DNA from: Penicillus capitatus
Lineage: Eukaryota; Plantae; Chlorophyta
Direction of reading: 5' to 3'
DNA length: 64,000 nt
Assembly: GCA_965649825.1 (NCBI GenBank)
Contig: OZ287695.1
Coordinates: 1,035,081-1,099,080, forward strand
The notes beneath the pieces were generated by a model. The model saw nothing but the letters and a program-made list of their open reading frames with translations, was not told the origin of the DNA and did no database searches. The position numbers and the translations under genes were made by a program. Below are positions 26,030 through 39,958 of the stretch, piece by piece; positions within the stretch are counted from its first letter, which is position 1, and each line of letters opens with the position of its first letter.

Positions 26030-29000
26030 ATGTCCGAGCTGCTTTGCGAATGGCTACGGAAGATTGGATGCGATGTCCCGCGAAGCCGTCTCGAGCATGT
26101 TTAGCCATCGGCTATATCTCGATAAAGACGGGGAGCTTTCATTTTCGTCTCAGGCGTTTGCCAATGGGTACCGCTTTGGTGAAGTTTTCGATCGATTTGG
26201 TCTGCAACCCGATCTGAAGCACTTTGACGATTCTCTCGAGCCTAAGGCGATCGTCGAAAACTACGAGCGACTTCATGTACCGATGGCGAAATCTGCGTCG
26301 ACTTGATATCGACGGATGTCGGCTTTTGTAGACGACACTGACCAACCTCGATATTACTTTCAGTGCACGAATGGTGGAGAGATTGACGAACGAGGACAAG
26401 GGAGTCGCCCCCAACTTACTTAACGCAATCAAGCAGACTTTGGAAAAACGACAGCGTCGAGGCGCCAACGTCGAGAACGTATAGTCTATTTGGTGTCGGA
26501 CATTGTTATTGCAGGATCCTTGGATTTGCCAAGACACTGGATTGACGCGAGAATTCTGCCAAACTCAAAGCTATCGTTCTGTGAGAGATGCTTACTATGC
26601 CAGCGAAGCGAGGTTTTGACACTTCGGCTTTGTGTGCATCGATAAGGCGCTCGTTTCAGGTCCTTTCGCGATGGTCTGGATCGCATTTCTAGCAACATGA
26701 AAGAGCAGAGCCTTAACACCTCTGCGAGATATAAGGACGCAGAGATACTTTCGAAAAACGACGACGAGTGGAAGAAGGATGACGAAGACGCTTTACAGGA
26801 GAATAGTTTAGCCGATCGACGAGCGGAATCGACGCAGAAATCTTCGGCGCCATCGCAGCGACAGGACCGACGATCCGCGACGGATCGCACATCCGTGAGA
26901 CATTTGCTTCGATGTGTCTCTCGACTCTTGTTTCTCCGCGTGATCAGAAGACATCGAAAAAATGGCAAACAGCGAAGCTCTCGTCTGACGTCGATGATCT
27001 AAACGACTATGTAGAGGAGATCTTCCGTTTCGAAGAATCTCGCAGGAAGTGTGTCGAAGATGAAGACGATAGAGGAAACAATCAACTTGCGAGCAGCAGA
27101 GAAGAGCTTCTTGCGCACTCCGAAGTCTGCTCAGTCATGTACCACTCAATTTCCATCACGATTATGGACAGGAGTATATGAACAAGATTTCTGAACGTCA
27201 TCGAGTAGTAGCGAGAGAGACAGTGGCTGTGAACGAGAGCGTGATGGACTTATCGATCGATATTCCGGCAATCGAGGAAGTGGAGATTTTGCACGTGGAG
27301 CTTCAAGAAACACTGAACCGTTTGAGCGTCTGCGAATCGACCATTTTAGAGAAGAAAAGAGCGGCAGAAAAAGAAAAGGAACTCGTCAAGGCGAACGTCG
27401 CTCGGAGACGCGAAGAACGTAGGCGAACACTCGAACGCGATCAGAAAGCATGTATTCAAAAAGAACTCGTCGTCTGGCGTCAGATTAAAAACGACATCCA
27501 AGAGCGTTTCTCGGATCTGCAGCGGAGCCGTCGACAGGCGCAACTGGCAGAAATGCAAAGCAAGAGAGTCGATTGCAAGCGAGCGTGCACGGCCATCGTG
27601 TGGAATCTTGTGCGACTGAGTGAATTGAAGAGAGATTATGGGGATAGACTCGGAAAGGGTCCCGTCCCGCTTCACACCCAGAGAGAATGGAAAGAACTGT
27701 TTGTCGCAGACGATCCACTCTTGCGTATCTTTCGCCTCGAAAGAGACAAGATTCCATCGAATCTACTAGATGCCCTCGTACATTCGGACATCGAAGACTA
27801 TCTCCGCTTCAACCGACGATGGCACGTCGACACTGTCAGAAAAACGAGCAGTGACCTGTTGGTCAAATGGACGGCGCAACTCGCGACGGAATTCTATTGC
27901 ATGGAAAAACGCGTCTGCGAGTACACGGAAGATGCGGAAAGCAGATCTCGTGGCATTCGTATCGCGGTGATCGGCCCTCCGTGTTCAGGCCGTAGCACCA
28001 TCTGCAAAAATCTCGGGACTCGCTGCGGGATAGAGCTTCTCAACCTCGATCTCGACCTGATCGATTCGAAAGGTGCGTCTTCGACACGCAAACCCTCGAT
28101 CGCCTTCCTTATCGCAGTCGAACGAGACGAATGTGACGATCCCGAATCGATCGATCGTGATCAAGTCGAGCAGCGGCTGCTTCAAGTCTTTGGCTCAAAG
28201 AATGAAAAGATAGCAGATGTCTTGTTTGCCTTTGCCTTTTTTACTGTACTCATTTATCTTTCACAGGGATTTGTGTTAGACGGTTTTCCTGCGACGTGTG
28301 GCGAGGCAGCTGCATTGGAGAAGCAGCTCACAGGACTGGATTTGGCAGCAGAAGCGGAGATGGCGGTTGCATCATCGAAACTCGTTCCTCCTGGATTAGA
28401 ATTTCTGCCGGATCTTCACCGAAAATGCACTTCGGGACTGGACGTTGTTTTTCTCCTGTGCTCAGTCGATGCGGACGTTCTCTTAAAGAGAGCCATCGAA
28501 CGCGAAAGATCCACCCCTCAGACAACAACGAAGATCCAGAGGGACGAGACGATCGACACGGTGATCTATCTCGACACAATCGAGTGCTTCCGTTGAGGGC
28601 GGTGTATAGATTGTCGAGGATTTATCTCGACGAGTTGAAGCAGAATGGACGCACCATCAAGAGCACATCGAGCGATTGCGATCTTGGTTTTCGCGTTTCG
28701 ATGGATTGCTTATCGAAATTGACGCTGCCAGTTCCGAGAAGGACGTTCTCTCCGCTGTCCAGAACCATGTGCAGCTGGCGATTGATGCAAAACACGCATC
28801 GAGGATCAGCAAAGAAGCATCCAGTGCTGCGACGGCCACCCTCGATGTCGTTTTACGTCTCCTACTGCTGTATGGCACATATACTTCTATAGGCAACGGC
28901 ACATACGCAGATAATCTCCGAAGAGAAGCTTGCACAGATTCGGAAAATGACAAGGGAGATGGTCGTCTTTAAGAAGGCCGAACTTGCGATCATCGAGAAT

Positions 29001-31522
29001 TTGGGAGCGAACTCGACAGATGGAAGCAAACAGATGTTGAAAAGCGAGACCTTTAAACTTTTGACGGATTTGTATGTCAAAGCCCAAAAAACAGTCGAAG
29101 AGATCCAAGCATGTGTCCAGTCTTGTCAGCAGTACAGGACAGAGGTGCATGAAAGGAGTGAGGCGATCGCAGCCATGATCGCCAAAGATAATATCCACGC
29201 CGAATCTAAACAATCTATACAGACGAACCGTGTGTGCCACCACAGGTCATGGCATTCCGTTAATAGCGGGTGTGCGGTGTTAGATGATGAACTGTTGAAA
29301 ATGCGAAAGCAATGCGAAGAGATCTGCGAGAAGGTGATGCGCACGTCCGATTTGGCCGATGGATATCTCGAACAGTTCAACGCCGCATTGAAATCGAACG
29401 ACGATTCATCGTCGTTCGATTTCCAATCGATGGATCTCGTTCCTCAAGACGATGCTTTCGAAGAGCCCAATCTACAAAATTCGCAGTCAGATCTGGAGAA
29501 ATCGCCGAAGGATTGGAGCAAAGAGAGCATCGATCATCTTTATCAGATGTGGAAAGTATGCACTCAAACGATGGATATGTCGATCGACTGCGTTGAATGG
29601 TTAGAATCTGGAGGCGAAGTATTTCGATCGTCTGTCGATGGCACTCAAAGCCTTGCACGAGGACAAAGCGTATCATCTCCGTCGCTGCATGGAAACGAAG
29701 GTTGAGTTCATCGAAGCCTTGGATCGTGAAGCAGAAGATGAGGCGATTTCCATCGCCGATTTCAAAAACGCCTTCAACGCCATTCATCAAGATCTCCGAA
29801 AAGAGGAGGACGTCAAAGGAGAATGGATGTTGCGGTGTGAAGAATTGCAGGAGGCGTTGTGGAAAATCTGCGATCGGAAGATCGCTCAACATGAGCAGTT
29901 GGTGCTATCTCTCTTCGACGATGTCGGCATGGGCATCCAGAACGATCTGTTCTCAGCTCTCCGACAACGTCACATCGATTTGATGCAGACGGAGGTCGAC
30001 AAGTGAATGACACTGTCTTTTGTCATAATCGAGATATATATGTGACGTTCTGTACTAGATGCCTATCCATCGCGGAGTTCTGCGTGCAACACGTTGCTCT
30101 TGCTCGTGGATTTAAGAATGTCGTGCTGCATGACGTTCTGGAGAGGACTTCATGGGACGTGCGTTCTTCAAGTCGTCCGACAACGCCAAAGACGAAAACA
30201 ACAGTTGTTTCGAATGGGGACGCAGCGAAATGGCTCGATTCGATCGGATCGGAATCGGCGGAGATCCTTGAAGCAGCTGAACGCAGTTTAGAATTTGCGG
30301 ACATCGCTGAGAAAGAAATCGCGTTTGATCCGGAATCGTCGATGAGCACTCGATCGAAATCTAAGTCCGGACAGATCGAGTCCCTACCTGATGAGACAGT
30401 GCCCGATCATGCAATCGTCCGAAATCTGATCCAGGAGATTATGATCTGTGAGCTCGAGCTTTTACGTAACAGGTGTGTTTTTATCGTATGTCAAACGCAT
30501 TCAGGACGAGCAGCTATCTCTGTAGAACGCAGGCCATCGTCATGCATTACAATCAATGTACACAGGAGCTCGATGCTGTTCGTTGTAGCACAAAGCAAGC
30601 GTGTCATGACACGTACGAGAGGAGATACAAGGCAAACTGCGAAACCGCTGCCAGAAGCGTCCACGCGTTTAGAAACGCGGTGATGATGGGAACAGCGCTT
30701 CCGCCTCATTTTTCTTTCGAGGTGCGACATGATCGCACGATCGTAGTCTCTGAAGGACCCTTTCGAAATGATTCGACTAGGGAAACGGCAATCTCGATCC
30801 GTCGGGCGACACATTTTCGCTTCCGGCAACTTCGAGTGCAATCGAATGCGACGATCGAGCGAGGCTCATGATACAGAGCAGACAGAAATCGTTATTTTCA
30901 CTCATCCACCGATTCCGATCCGCCCATGTCTCTTCCGTCATTCGATTGCATGATGTCGCACAGCTCATCTACGAGACGATCGTCCGGGACACCGATCTCT
31001 GGACTGCTCTCGTGCGGTCTTCAGATGACGATGATTCGCTGAAGGCAGCCAAGGAGACAATACCGTTCTCGGACGTTGTTTCGTACGTCGTCCAATTTCG
31101 TCCCGACGGCAGTAACGACATTTGTTGGCGACATATTCTTGTGCACTTAATTCTGGCGCCGTCATGTGATGCCGATCGCGCCTGCAATTCCGATCTGATA
31201 GATTCTCTCCAAGAAGTGAGATGATCGCTTAATAGGATGTCGGCGAAATCGATCGATTTCGATTTATCGTTCACAGGAAAGAAAGCGCAAGGGCGGGAAT
31301 GAAGACGATCGCTATAATATGGATCTGGGTACATGGCAAAGTCTTCCTGTATGGCACCGCCACACTGCATCTCTCAGCAATCTTCTCTGGGAAATCTTTA
31401 AAGACACGGAAGATGCTGCATCCAGTGACCAAGAGACTATAGATCTCTCTTGTGTCGTCGCTTCGCTGCGTCAAGTTTCGTACAACAGCAGACTTTCGCA
31501 TCTATTTAAACGCGACGACTGA
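26030..31522 (+). CDS. SPEF2: Sperm flagellar protein 2 / CPC1-like central-pair protein (CH domain, coiled coil, adenylate kinase-like domain)
   Basis: N-terminus MSELLCEWL...|AFANGYRFGEVFDRFGLQPD matches the SPEF2 CH domain. ADK-like GPPCSGRST and GFVLDGFP follow. Internal exon structure is approximate; the last exon ends ...HLFKRDD* at 31522. Confidence 0.8.
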
Positions 31523-31576
31523 TGGAATCATCGTTTCGCTTGAGCGGCAACGCGTTTTTCCGAACACGTCGATTCG

Positions 31577-34500
31577 ATGGCGTTCGATGATGAACACGAC
31601 GAATCTGGTCGCAAACGTAAGGCCACTAGTTTGATTGATGACGCAGCGATGGAGGACGACGATGTCGACGATGAAGACGACGAGGATGACGAAGACGATG
31701 ACTTCGAAGGTCCATCACGCCGCGGCGGCAGTCGCCGTGCCGTGCTCTATATCGACGACGATGTTGCCGTCGATGACGACGTCGAAGAGGAAGACGACGA
31801 AGAAGCCGAGCTTTCAGACGGCGAGCTTCTCCCCGACGTCACCGAACCCGTCGCAAAACCGAGTCATTACCGTCGTTATGAAGCCGCACACGACTTGCCT
31901 GAAGACTACGACAAGTTAGAAGCCTTTATCAAGGAGCGTTACCAGACAGTGGAGTACACAAGTGATGCTCCGACAGCCAATCAGCAGAGTCTGGTCCCCA
32001 CACAACTGGATCCCAAGCTCTGGGTCGTGCAATGTCGCCTGGGATTCGAACGGCAACTCTGTTTGCAACTCCTCAACAAATACAGGACGTTCCGTGGAAA
32101 AGGAACGCCGTTGCTGATCAAATCGGCCGTCAGTTTGGATCATTTGAAGGGTTACCTCTATGTCGAAGCAGAGAAGGAGTCACATGTGAGGGAAGCTGTT
32201 CAAGGCATGCGTTATATCCAACACAGCAGAGGGATCAAATTAGTGCCGTTGCGTGAAATGGTATCGGCTATCACGCCGAATCGTGGGGCGAAATTGCCGA
32301 TCGAAGAAGGCACGTGGGTTCGTGTCCGAAGTGGCCCCTATGCACACGATCTTGCCAAAGTCATTCACGTCAACCTCGCTCAGCAGAAGGTGGATTTGAA
32401 GGTCGTGCCCCGAATCGACTACGCCGAACTCGTGAATAAACAAGAGGGACGTTACATCAGCCGCCATCGCGATCCATTCGGCAAAAAATCAAAAGTCCGC
32501 CACGTTGCTCGACCCTTCAGTCGAGAAGAGTGTCGGTCACTGGGCTTAGTCGTGGAAAGAACTCGCGGTGTGAATGGTGAAGTGTATCTCACTGTCGGCA
32601 CTTATCGATTCCAAGAGGGTTACCTGATCAAAACCATGTCCACACGATCCATCATCGTTGAAGACTCGGTGCCACCGATCGAAGAACTTCATCGTTTTGA
32701 CGCGGCAGCCCACAGCAACACGGACACGCATGCGAACACGGAAGGTCGCAGTGGTCACTCTATTGACTTAGTCTCTGACACGTGTGCCTTGCTGTAGGTC
32801 TGCCAGAGATCCTGGAGTCGGTATCGAGCAAAAAGCACGGTCTTTTTAAGGGGGATTCCGTTCGCGTGTTGAGTGGGGATATGATGCGAATGACGGGTAT
32901 CGTTACAGATATTGCGTTGGATGGGAAAATTTTGGTGAAGATGGACAATCGCGATGTCTCCGGGTACATTCCGTTCGTCGCCACTGATCTGGTCAAGCGC
33001 TTTGAACTGGGCGATCATGTCTGCGTGCGCGAAGGCATGCATCGAGGGCAATTAGGAATGGTGATCAAGATCGACGATCGTAAATGTCTTATTCTGTCCG
33101 ATATGGACAAATTGGAGTTCTGGGCGACGGCACGGGATCTTTCGAAGACACAAGAGAGCCACCACGGCTATGATCACTTTGGTGACTACGAAGTTGAGGA
33201 TCTGGTCGAACTACAGCATCATCAGTTTGGCGTCATTGTTTTTGCCGATCGCGATTTCTGTTCTATTCTATTGGCAGCCGGATCACCAGAAAAGCCAGAA
33301 GTTAAGAAGACAGCATTGCAGGAGATCAAGTGCAAGTGTGAAGCGCGAAGAAACGTCACAAGTGACCGTTATACGAACCGTATCAAGGCGGGAGATATTG
33401 TGGATTTTACGATGGGGGCTTCGACGCAGAAGAGCAGTGGTACGGTGAAGTATGTCAGTTCTCCGTACCTCTTTGTCAAGATGAAGGATCGGACGGCGTT
33501 GCTTGGATACGTGGCCATTCATTCAAAACTGTGTATCGTGAGAGGAGGATACCGTCCCCCGATGACATCGGATGTCAACATCGGGCTCCGTTCTCCGGCG
33601 CCTCGACAGCTGGAAGGGTCTTTTCACGAAGGGGGTCGATTTCGAGGAGGACGCATGAGCCGAGGGAGGTCGTTTCTGAGAGGCCGCGGTCGAGGATACC
33701 GTGGCCAAAGGGAAAGCATCATGGTCAAAGTGATCCGGGGTGCACACCGAGGCTACCGAGGACGCATAAAGGATGAGACGGCCACACACGTGCGTATTGA
33801 ATTGGATGCTGGCTCACGGGTTATTACCGTCCTTAAGGACAACATCGAATGTCTGGAATCGAACACTGGAGGATACACTGCTGCAAATATGCATTCAGAC
33901 TATGGATGGAATGCACAAGAGAAGGGGACGATCTATACGCCGCCCAAGACACCTTATGGAGACAATCAGCCTCCGACGACACCCTACTCTGCCGGGAGAG
34001 AATCCAACACGAGTCCAGATTACCGTCCATCCCGCCCGCCGCCGGCGGCAGAACCTGAGGCGATTCAGGAAGAGACCGAGAGCGATGAAGACTTGTGCTT
34101 TGACGATGGCGATCCTCCTCCACCCGCTGTCCCGCCATCGAAACCCAAAACGCCGATGCCGGAACCCAGTCCCCAAATAGACATAGAGGAGACCACCACG
34201 CCGGCATCGGCACCGGCGGCGGCGCCGCCGCCTTTGCAGGAAACGGCTGCGATGACACCCTTGTCGTCTCTCGCTCGAAATCAGATGACCGATCTGGTCG
34301 TGGTCTTGCCCGACGGTTCTCTAGGAGTCACAAGAGACGTCTCCGATTCTCAGGCATGTGAGATCGAAGATGTGTCCGTGAGGGAAGACATCGAGGAGCG
34401 TTCGTTGACACCTGCTGGACAGAAACAACGCCAGTCGATGAACGCATTGAAACTGACCATGCCCCAAAAGGGAGACAGGGTGCGTGTGCTCGAAGGTATG

Positions 34501-34635
34501 TTTGCCGATTCGATCGGCCAGATGATCGCCGTCGATGGCAACGATTGCATTATCCGTCTGGACGACGGTCAGATTCAGATATTCTCCAGCGGGACCCTTG
34601 CTGTGACCTTGCCACCTTCCAATGCCAGTGTCTGA
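31577..34635 (+). CDS. SPT5: Transcription elongation factor SPT5
   Basis: Acidic N-terminus, NGN domain (DPKLWVVQC...DHLKGYLYVEAEKESHV), several KOW motifs and a C-terminal KOW GDRVRVLEG. One intron near 32750-32797. Confidence 0.95.
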
Positions 34636-34731
34636 CAATTCACCGATGCCAGTTTCATCTTTTAGATGATACAACATCATCACGTTGTGTCCCTTTCGAC
34701 TGTCTCACAATCGCGCCGTGTTCGATCGAAA

Positions 34732-34978
34732 ATGGCGACATTCCCGTTGCGCCGAGAAGACGTGATCGCCTTCTCAAAGAAAATGAGCAAGTGGCTGTCT
34801 TATCTGGAAGAGAAAACAAAAGTGCGTCGCGTCGGTCTACCCAACGACCCGCTCCTCAGCCTCCTCTTTCTTCTCTTCCTAGCCTTATATTCACTACGGA
34901 TTCGTTCCGGGCGTCGTCGTGTTCGGTATGCTCGTCACGGAGCCGCGTCCCTCTTTGGTACAACTGATCCTGAACTGA
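34732..34978 (+). CDS. TOM7: Mitochondrial import receptor subunit TOM7
   Basis: Two exons (34732-34821, 34883-34978) give ...EEKTK|PYIHYGFVPGVVVFGMLVTEPRPSLVQLILN*, matching the plant TOM7 HYGFIP...G...EP.P.L.QL motif. Not in the ORF track. Confidence 0.85.
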
Positions 34979-35891
34979 CGAAGGCGGGTTCGATCTTCCG
35001 TTGTGTGGATGAACGCTTATGCAATGGTGTATGATGACAGATATGAAGGTGATAGTGTTGTTGGCTATCAGGAAGGACTTATACGAATAGACGGACATAT
35101 GACGAACCTTCTCCGCGTTGTTGCGAGTCGATCCAACAACAGATCTTCTGATGGTTTAAAGAATCTTCAATAGTTATTCTTCTGATCAGTGTTCGGCAAG
35201 ATGTTGAGAGAGATTAAGCAGACATACCGTGGAATCATTCCTCAACGCCTGCCTAGATTCCATCAGCGTCGTTCCCACAACAACATCAATGACACAAGGA
35301 TAGACAGGACGGACTGTTCACTAATAGTACGGCAAAGATGCTACTCGAGAGAAGAGAAAAGGCAAAACAACAATGGAACAAACACCCAGCAGCGATCAAG
35401 GAATGTCAGTCAAGTGGAACACAGTGTCAGAGAATCAAACGAGATCAGAAAGATCAGGTACGAACAACGCCACAAAAAATATCAAAACTGAGATTGTGCC
35501 TGTCGATGTGGTGCTGAATGTGTTCCGTTGCCAATCTGCTAAACCTTGCCATATACAATAAGAAAAGGACTCGCCACATGGATAATAATGGCACTGGACG
35601 GCTACACGACCAAAATGGAAAATAAATCGCCACGGACGCATGACTGACATAGACGTTGTCGAAAAGGAGTCCATCATGTCCACAAAAATACATGGACATA
35701 ATACTCTGTTCAGTGATAGCAGCATTCGCCAAAAATGAGTTTTCACTCCATGGAAGATCTGTCAGGATTCTCAGTCAGAGCCTATGGAAGGCAAAATAAT
35801 GTAGAAAAGAAAGAAAACCTCGTTGTTGTTGAGATAGATAAGGGTCGTCTCATCATGACGATGTCGCACAAGTTATGGAATGCGCTACTGT

Positions 35892-38800
35892 CTAACACGT
35901 CTGCTCTATGGTGTGCGTCACTGCTACAGCGGCGTCATTGACCTCTGGAAGATCGACGGTGCTGCAGCTGTGCTGATGGCTAACGTCTTCGGATGACATT
36001 AACGGATCCTCACTTGTCTCTTCTTCATCAATGGCACTAATGGATTCATCGTTTCTCAGACTCGGGGGAACGAATTCTTCGGCGGTGGGACTGAGTGGGA
36101 ACTTCCGCACTTGATTCTCATAACTGCCCACTGGAGGTATTCCAGGAGGAAACCACTGACCGTAGGGCATGATTGGAAGATAAGGAGGCATAGGCATGTG
36201 CAGACTGCCAGGAGGCATCATGTGTGGAGGATAGAAGGGATATGGATGTGGATGCGGAGGAGGAGGAGCACTGGCTGACGGCGACGCCGGTTCAGAGGCA
36301 GTCGTTGTTGACGTGGTCACTGGCGAGGCGAGAGGTGGATGAAGTGGAAGAGGAAACTGCATCGCACTGGGATCCATCACTGGACGCGGTGGATGGCCAT
36401 AGAAATTGGGATGGAATGCAGGGATGTGTCCGACGGGTGGCGGCAGGCCCATGGGTGGCGGCATCAACGGTGGCCCGATGGTCACATGGGCCGGTTCCGG
36501 TGTCGGCGCATCACTGCTCCTGTCACTGCGTCCGGAAGCCACCTCTGACAGATCCTCATCGTCGTCTGTGAGCCCTTCATGGTGTGAAGCGGTATCCACG
36601 TTTGAATGCATGGCCTGGACCATGTTGAAGAACTGCTCTCCGTCTCCACGGAACGTCTCTGAAGAGACGTCGTGTTCATAGGCGTGCGATTTGACTTCCT
36701 GCGTGTCTGTTTGATGTGACAGGTCTGCCTTGTACGCCTCGATGCTTTTCGATGACGCATCCTTCGGCACTGGATCGCTCCGTGCAGTCTTCAGGCAATG
36801 ATCCACGTCGGAAGCATCGGGTGTGGTCGGCACATTGACACTGCTTTCAGATGCCGCACTCTGTTTGCCAGAGCTGGAACGCGGAGCATCGACAGGAGTT
36901 GTGCATGTCGGCTTCGGTTTTGCAATCACTGCTTTAGGGATGGCACCCTTGACCCATGCAGTCACACCTTTCTGTGTTTTCTGTTCTGCAGATTTGGTCT
37001 CCTCGGCGGAGCGCGACACCTCAGGCATTGAAGCGTTCTTGGGCAATCTGCTCTGTCCAGGAGAATGCGGTTTTTTCGCCTCTCCTTTAGCTGGTCGAGA
37101 ACTCGGCGCAAAACGAACGTCTTTGGGTCGATAGGCAAACGCCTTGGCTCCCTGGTACTGTCTGTTGGCAGGATTCGAAGCAGGACCACTCACACTACGC
37201 TTGATAACATGATCTTCTTCGACAGGACGCTTTGAAGAGGCATGGTATCTCTGCGAGACATTCGGCGCAGATCGCTTGGATGGCAACTGGTTCTTCTTCC
37301 GATCCCCACGCCGTCGGTTGAAAACACTCTGAAACTCTTTCGTATCTTCATCCATCAGCGTTGCTTCGTAGCGAACGAACGGTTGGACCTGTGCCGGATT
37401 CTCTGCAGAGGGACTTCCTAAGGAAGCTGCTGGCTCATGGGTGGATGGAGATCCCGACATCTCATCGGGCTTTGCGGCTTCCTCCTCTGTATGTTGATCA
37501 GGGCTTTCATCTGCCGTATCATCATGTGTCGACTCTTCGATCTGTGTCGAGGTGTCTGTCTGGGAAACGTTCTTTGGCTTTCTCTTGAGCTCTTTCTTCG
37601 CTTTCAGCTCCTTCTTCTCTTCCTCCATCCTCAGCAAAGCATCCATCGCCTCGGACGCCTTCTGCATGCTGAACTCCATGGCCTTCTTGTCCAATCTCTC
37701 CTGCAGCATTGGTAGAATGATGGACGTTCCCACAAGAGCTCCCGGATCGTCGCAGGCGACGTTGATCAAGAACATCTCCAGATGCTGCACAACGACAGCC
37801 CCCTCCTCCACGCGTTTCTCAACCGTCTTCAGTTCCGTCTTGATGCGGTTTGAAAAGGTCTGATCGTCTGCATCCGAGTAGAGCTGTTTCTTGAAGTCCT
37901 TGTGGAAAGCGGAACGGACTTTCTCCAACATCGTGTCGTCGATTGGCTTCTCTTCATCCAAGCACTTTTGGAGTTTTCCCAGAAGCTGTGTGACATTCTT
38001 GTGCCAGTTCTCCAGTTGATGGATCTCCTGTTCTCGCCGGTTCATTTCGAGCTCTGTTCGCTGACGCTTCTCATACATGCTTTGCAAACGGGTCCCCTGT
38101 TCTCGGAAGGCGCTTTGCACTTCCAGTTGATCTTCCAGGAGGGATTCGTTTACCTTTGAAGGGCGTTGGCGTTCCTTCTCCGAATTGCGCACCAGTGTCT
38201 TGGCATTTTCCAGTTCCCTTTTCAATCTCTCAAATTCTGGCTCACTCTGCATGAGCTCCGCACGAATGGTCTTCAGCTGAGTGCTCGCCATCAAGCGCTC
38301 ATATTTGAGAATGTGTAACTTTGCCTGTGTCAAAAGACTCTCTCGTCGTAACACTTCCTGTATGACATGATCTGGCAGTTCCTCACACGGGGCAGTTGCT
38401 GCCTTTGCTGCAGCCGTTCCTGGAATGGATACATCATGCTGTTTGGCCAGGGCAGCAATGCTCTTGCGAAGGATGCCCATCTCCTTCAGCAGAGATTTGG
38501 CACTCTTATATCTGGCATCCCATTCCGACTGTTCCTTCAGCATTTCTAGAAGATTCTGATAGGACTGCTGGACAGATGGATGCCAATTGCCCAACGGACG
38601 TTTGGCACCGTCTCTTGCTTTTTCAGCCGTCGACACAATCGAACCGTAGACCCACTCCAGCACCAACCCCACTCTACACAGGCAGATATATTAGAGACAC
38701 TGACGAGGCCAAAGCATTGCTCTTCACCTGTATGCATCTTCTCCCTCTTTCACTTTTCTGGGTTGTCCCTCGTCTGACAGTTTTCTGTCTTGCAAATGTT

Positions 38801-39958
38801 CCAACCACTTAGCATTTACTGTGAATGCTGTTTTATCTTCTGTCAAAGAAAAAAGATCGATATCGCCGACAGCTTCTTCATCTTCATCAATCTAACAAAG
38901 CAGGAATCGGTGAGACAGCCAAGGGGTGAGTGAGCAGGATAACGGACATCTTCGTCCTTTGGATCAGGTTTGAGTTTGGCGCATAGCGCATCCACTTTCT
39001 CTGTGAGCCACTCATACAGTTTTGCTACATCTTCAGGAGTAATCTTCTCAAAGTCTTCAAAAAAGAGTTCTGTTTTTGTGCTCTTTCTCTTTTTGGCTGG
39101 GACCAATGCACAGATGAATTCTGCGACTGGGGTCAGTATCGTATGATAGAGACACTGATGCTCGTGCTGCAGTGATTCCAGAATGGAGATCACAAGATCG
39201 ATATTGGCATCTCTTGTCTGCTCTCCGCCTTCCGGAACGGCACGTTGACCACGTCTCCATGCATCTTGTGCAGACTGCAACTGATGATGGATATTATTAA
39301 TCAATGCTGTCATCCTTTCGCGCAGCGCTGTTTCTGCCGGTTTCTCTGCTGATTTTCCTTCTTCTCGTGGCAGAAGCTTGCGCAGCTCCTCAGGAAGTCT
39401 CGTCTCCAACGCTTCCTTCTTGAATGTCTCCGCACAGGCGTAAGGTGCCTCGTTGGCATTCCATTGCCACACCTTCCATGTTCCTTGTGCACTCAGCCTT
39501 TCCAACCCGCGTTCATAGATCTTCTCACAGGTCACTTCCGTCTCAGTCCCATTGCAAACGTCTACGGCGCATGCGCGGCGTCGTCATTGCATGGACGATG
39601 TGTGACGTCACACCTTGTTTGGCAATTTCGACTTGATGTTGTTGCTGTTGTTGTTTCAGACGTGCCACGACATCGTCGACGCGCACCGTCAATAGCTCGA
39701 CGCGGTCTGCGTCGCTCAGACTCTCCCACAGCGGCCGCACAAATGCAACGCGGTCTTGAGGGTTAAGCTGCGACTGCTGAACGAGCTTGTTATCTAAGTC
39801 GGTCTACATCCATGCCACACGAAACCCTAGTTGGATGAAACCCTAATGGGGAATGACAGATCGACCTTCGCAGGTGACTTGTTTGCGTTCTTGCGTCCCT
39901 TCGTTGGTGGGGTCTTCTTCTTACTGCCATTACCGTTTTTTCCTTTCTTCGGTGCCAT
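35892..39958 (-). CDS. Large coiled-coil/low-complexity protein; N-terminal region weakly DUF629 (USP53/54-related)-like; C-terminal PAM2-like motif
   Basis: 926-aa ORF 35892-38672 plus upstream exons (38843-39535, 39543-39740) and a Lys-rich start MAPKKGKNGN at 39958. Pro-rich tail containing LSPTAEEFVP. Confidence 0.7.
39822..39845 (+). promoter_or_regulatory. Two telo-box motifs (AAACCCTA) 16 bp apart in the first intron of the upstream minus-strand gene
   Basis: GAAACCCTAG at 39821-39830 and GAAACCCTAA at 39837-39846. Function is inferred only. Confidence 0.3.

Noticed and set aside
35040-35870. Possible small multi-exon minus-strand membrane protein
   Set aside because: Protein-like fragments and splice sites are present, but I could not build a consistent frame or recognise a family.
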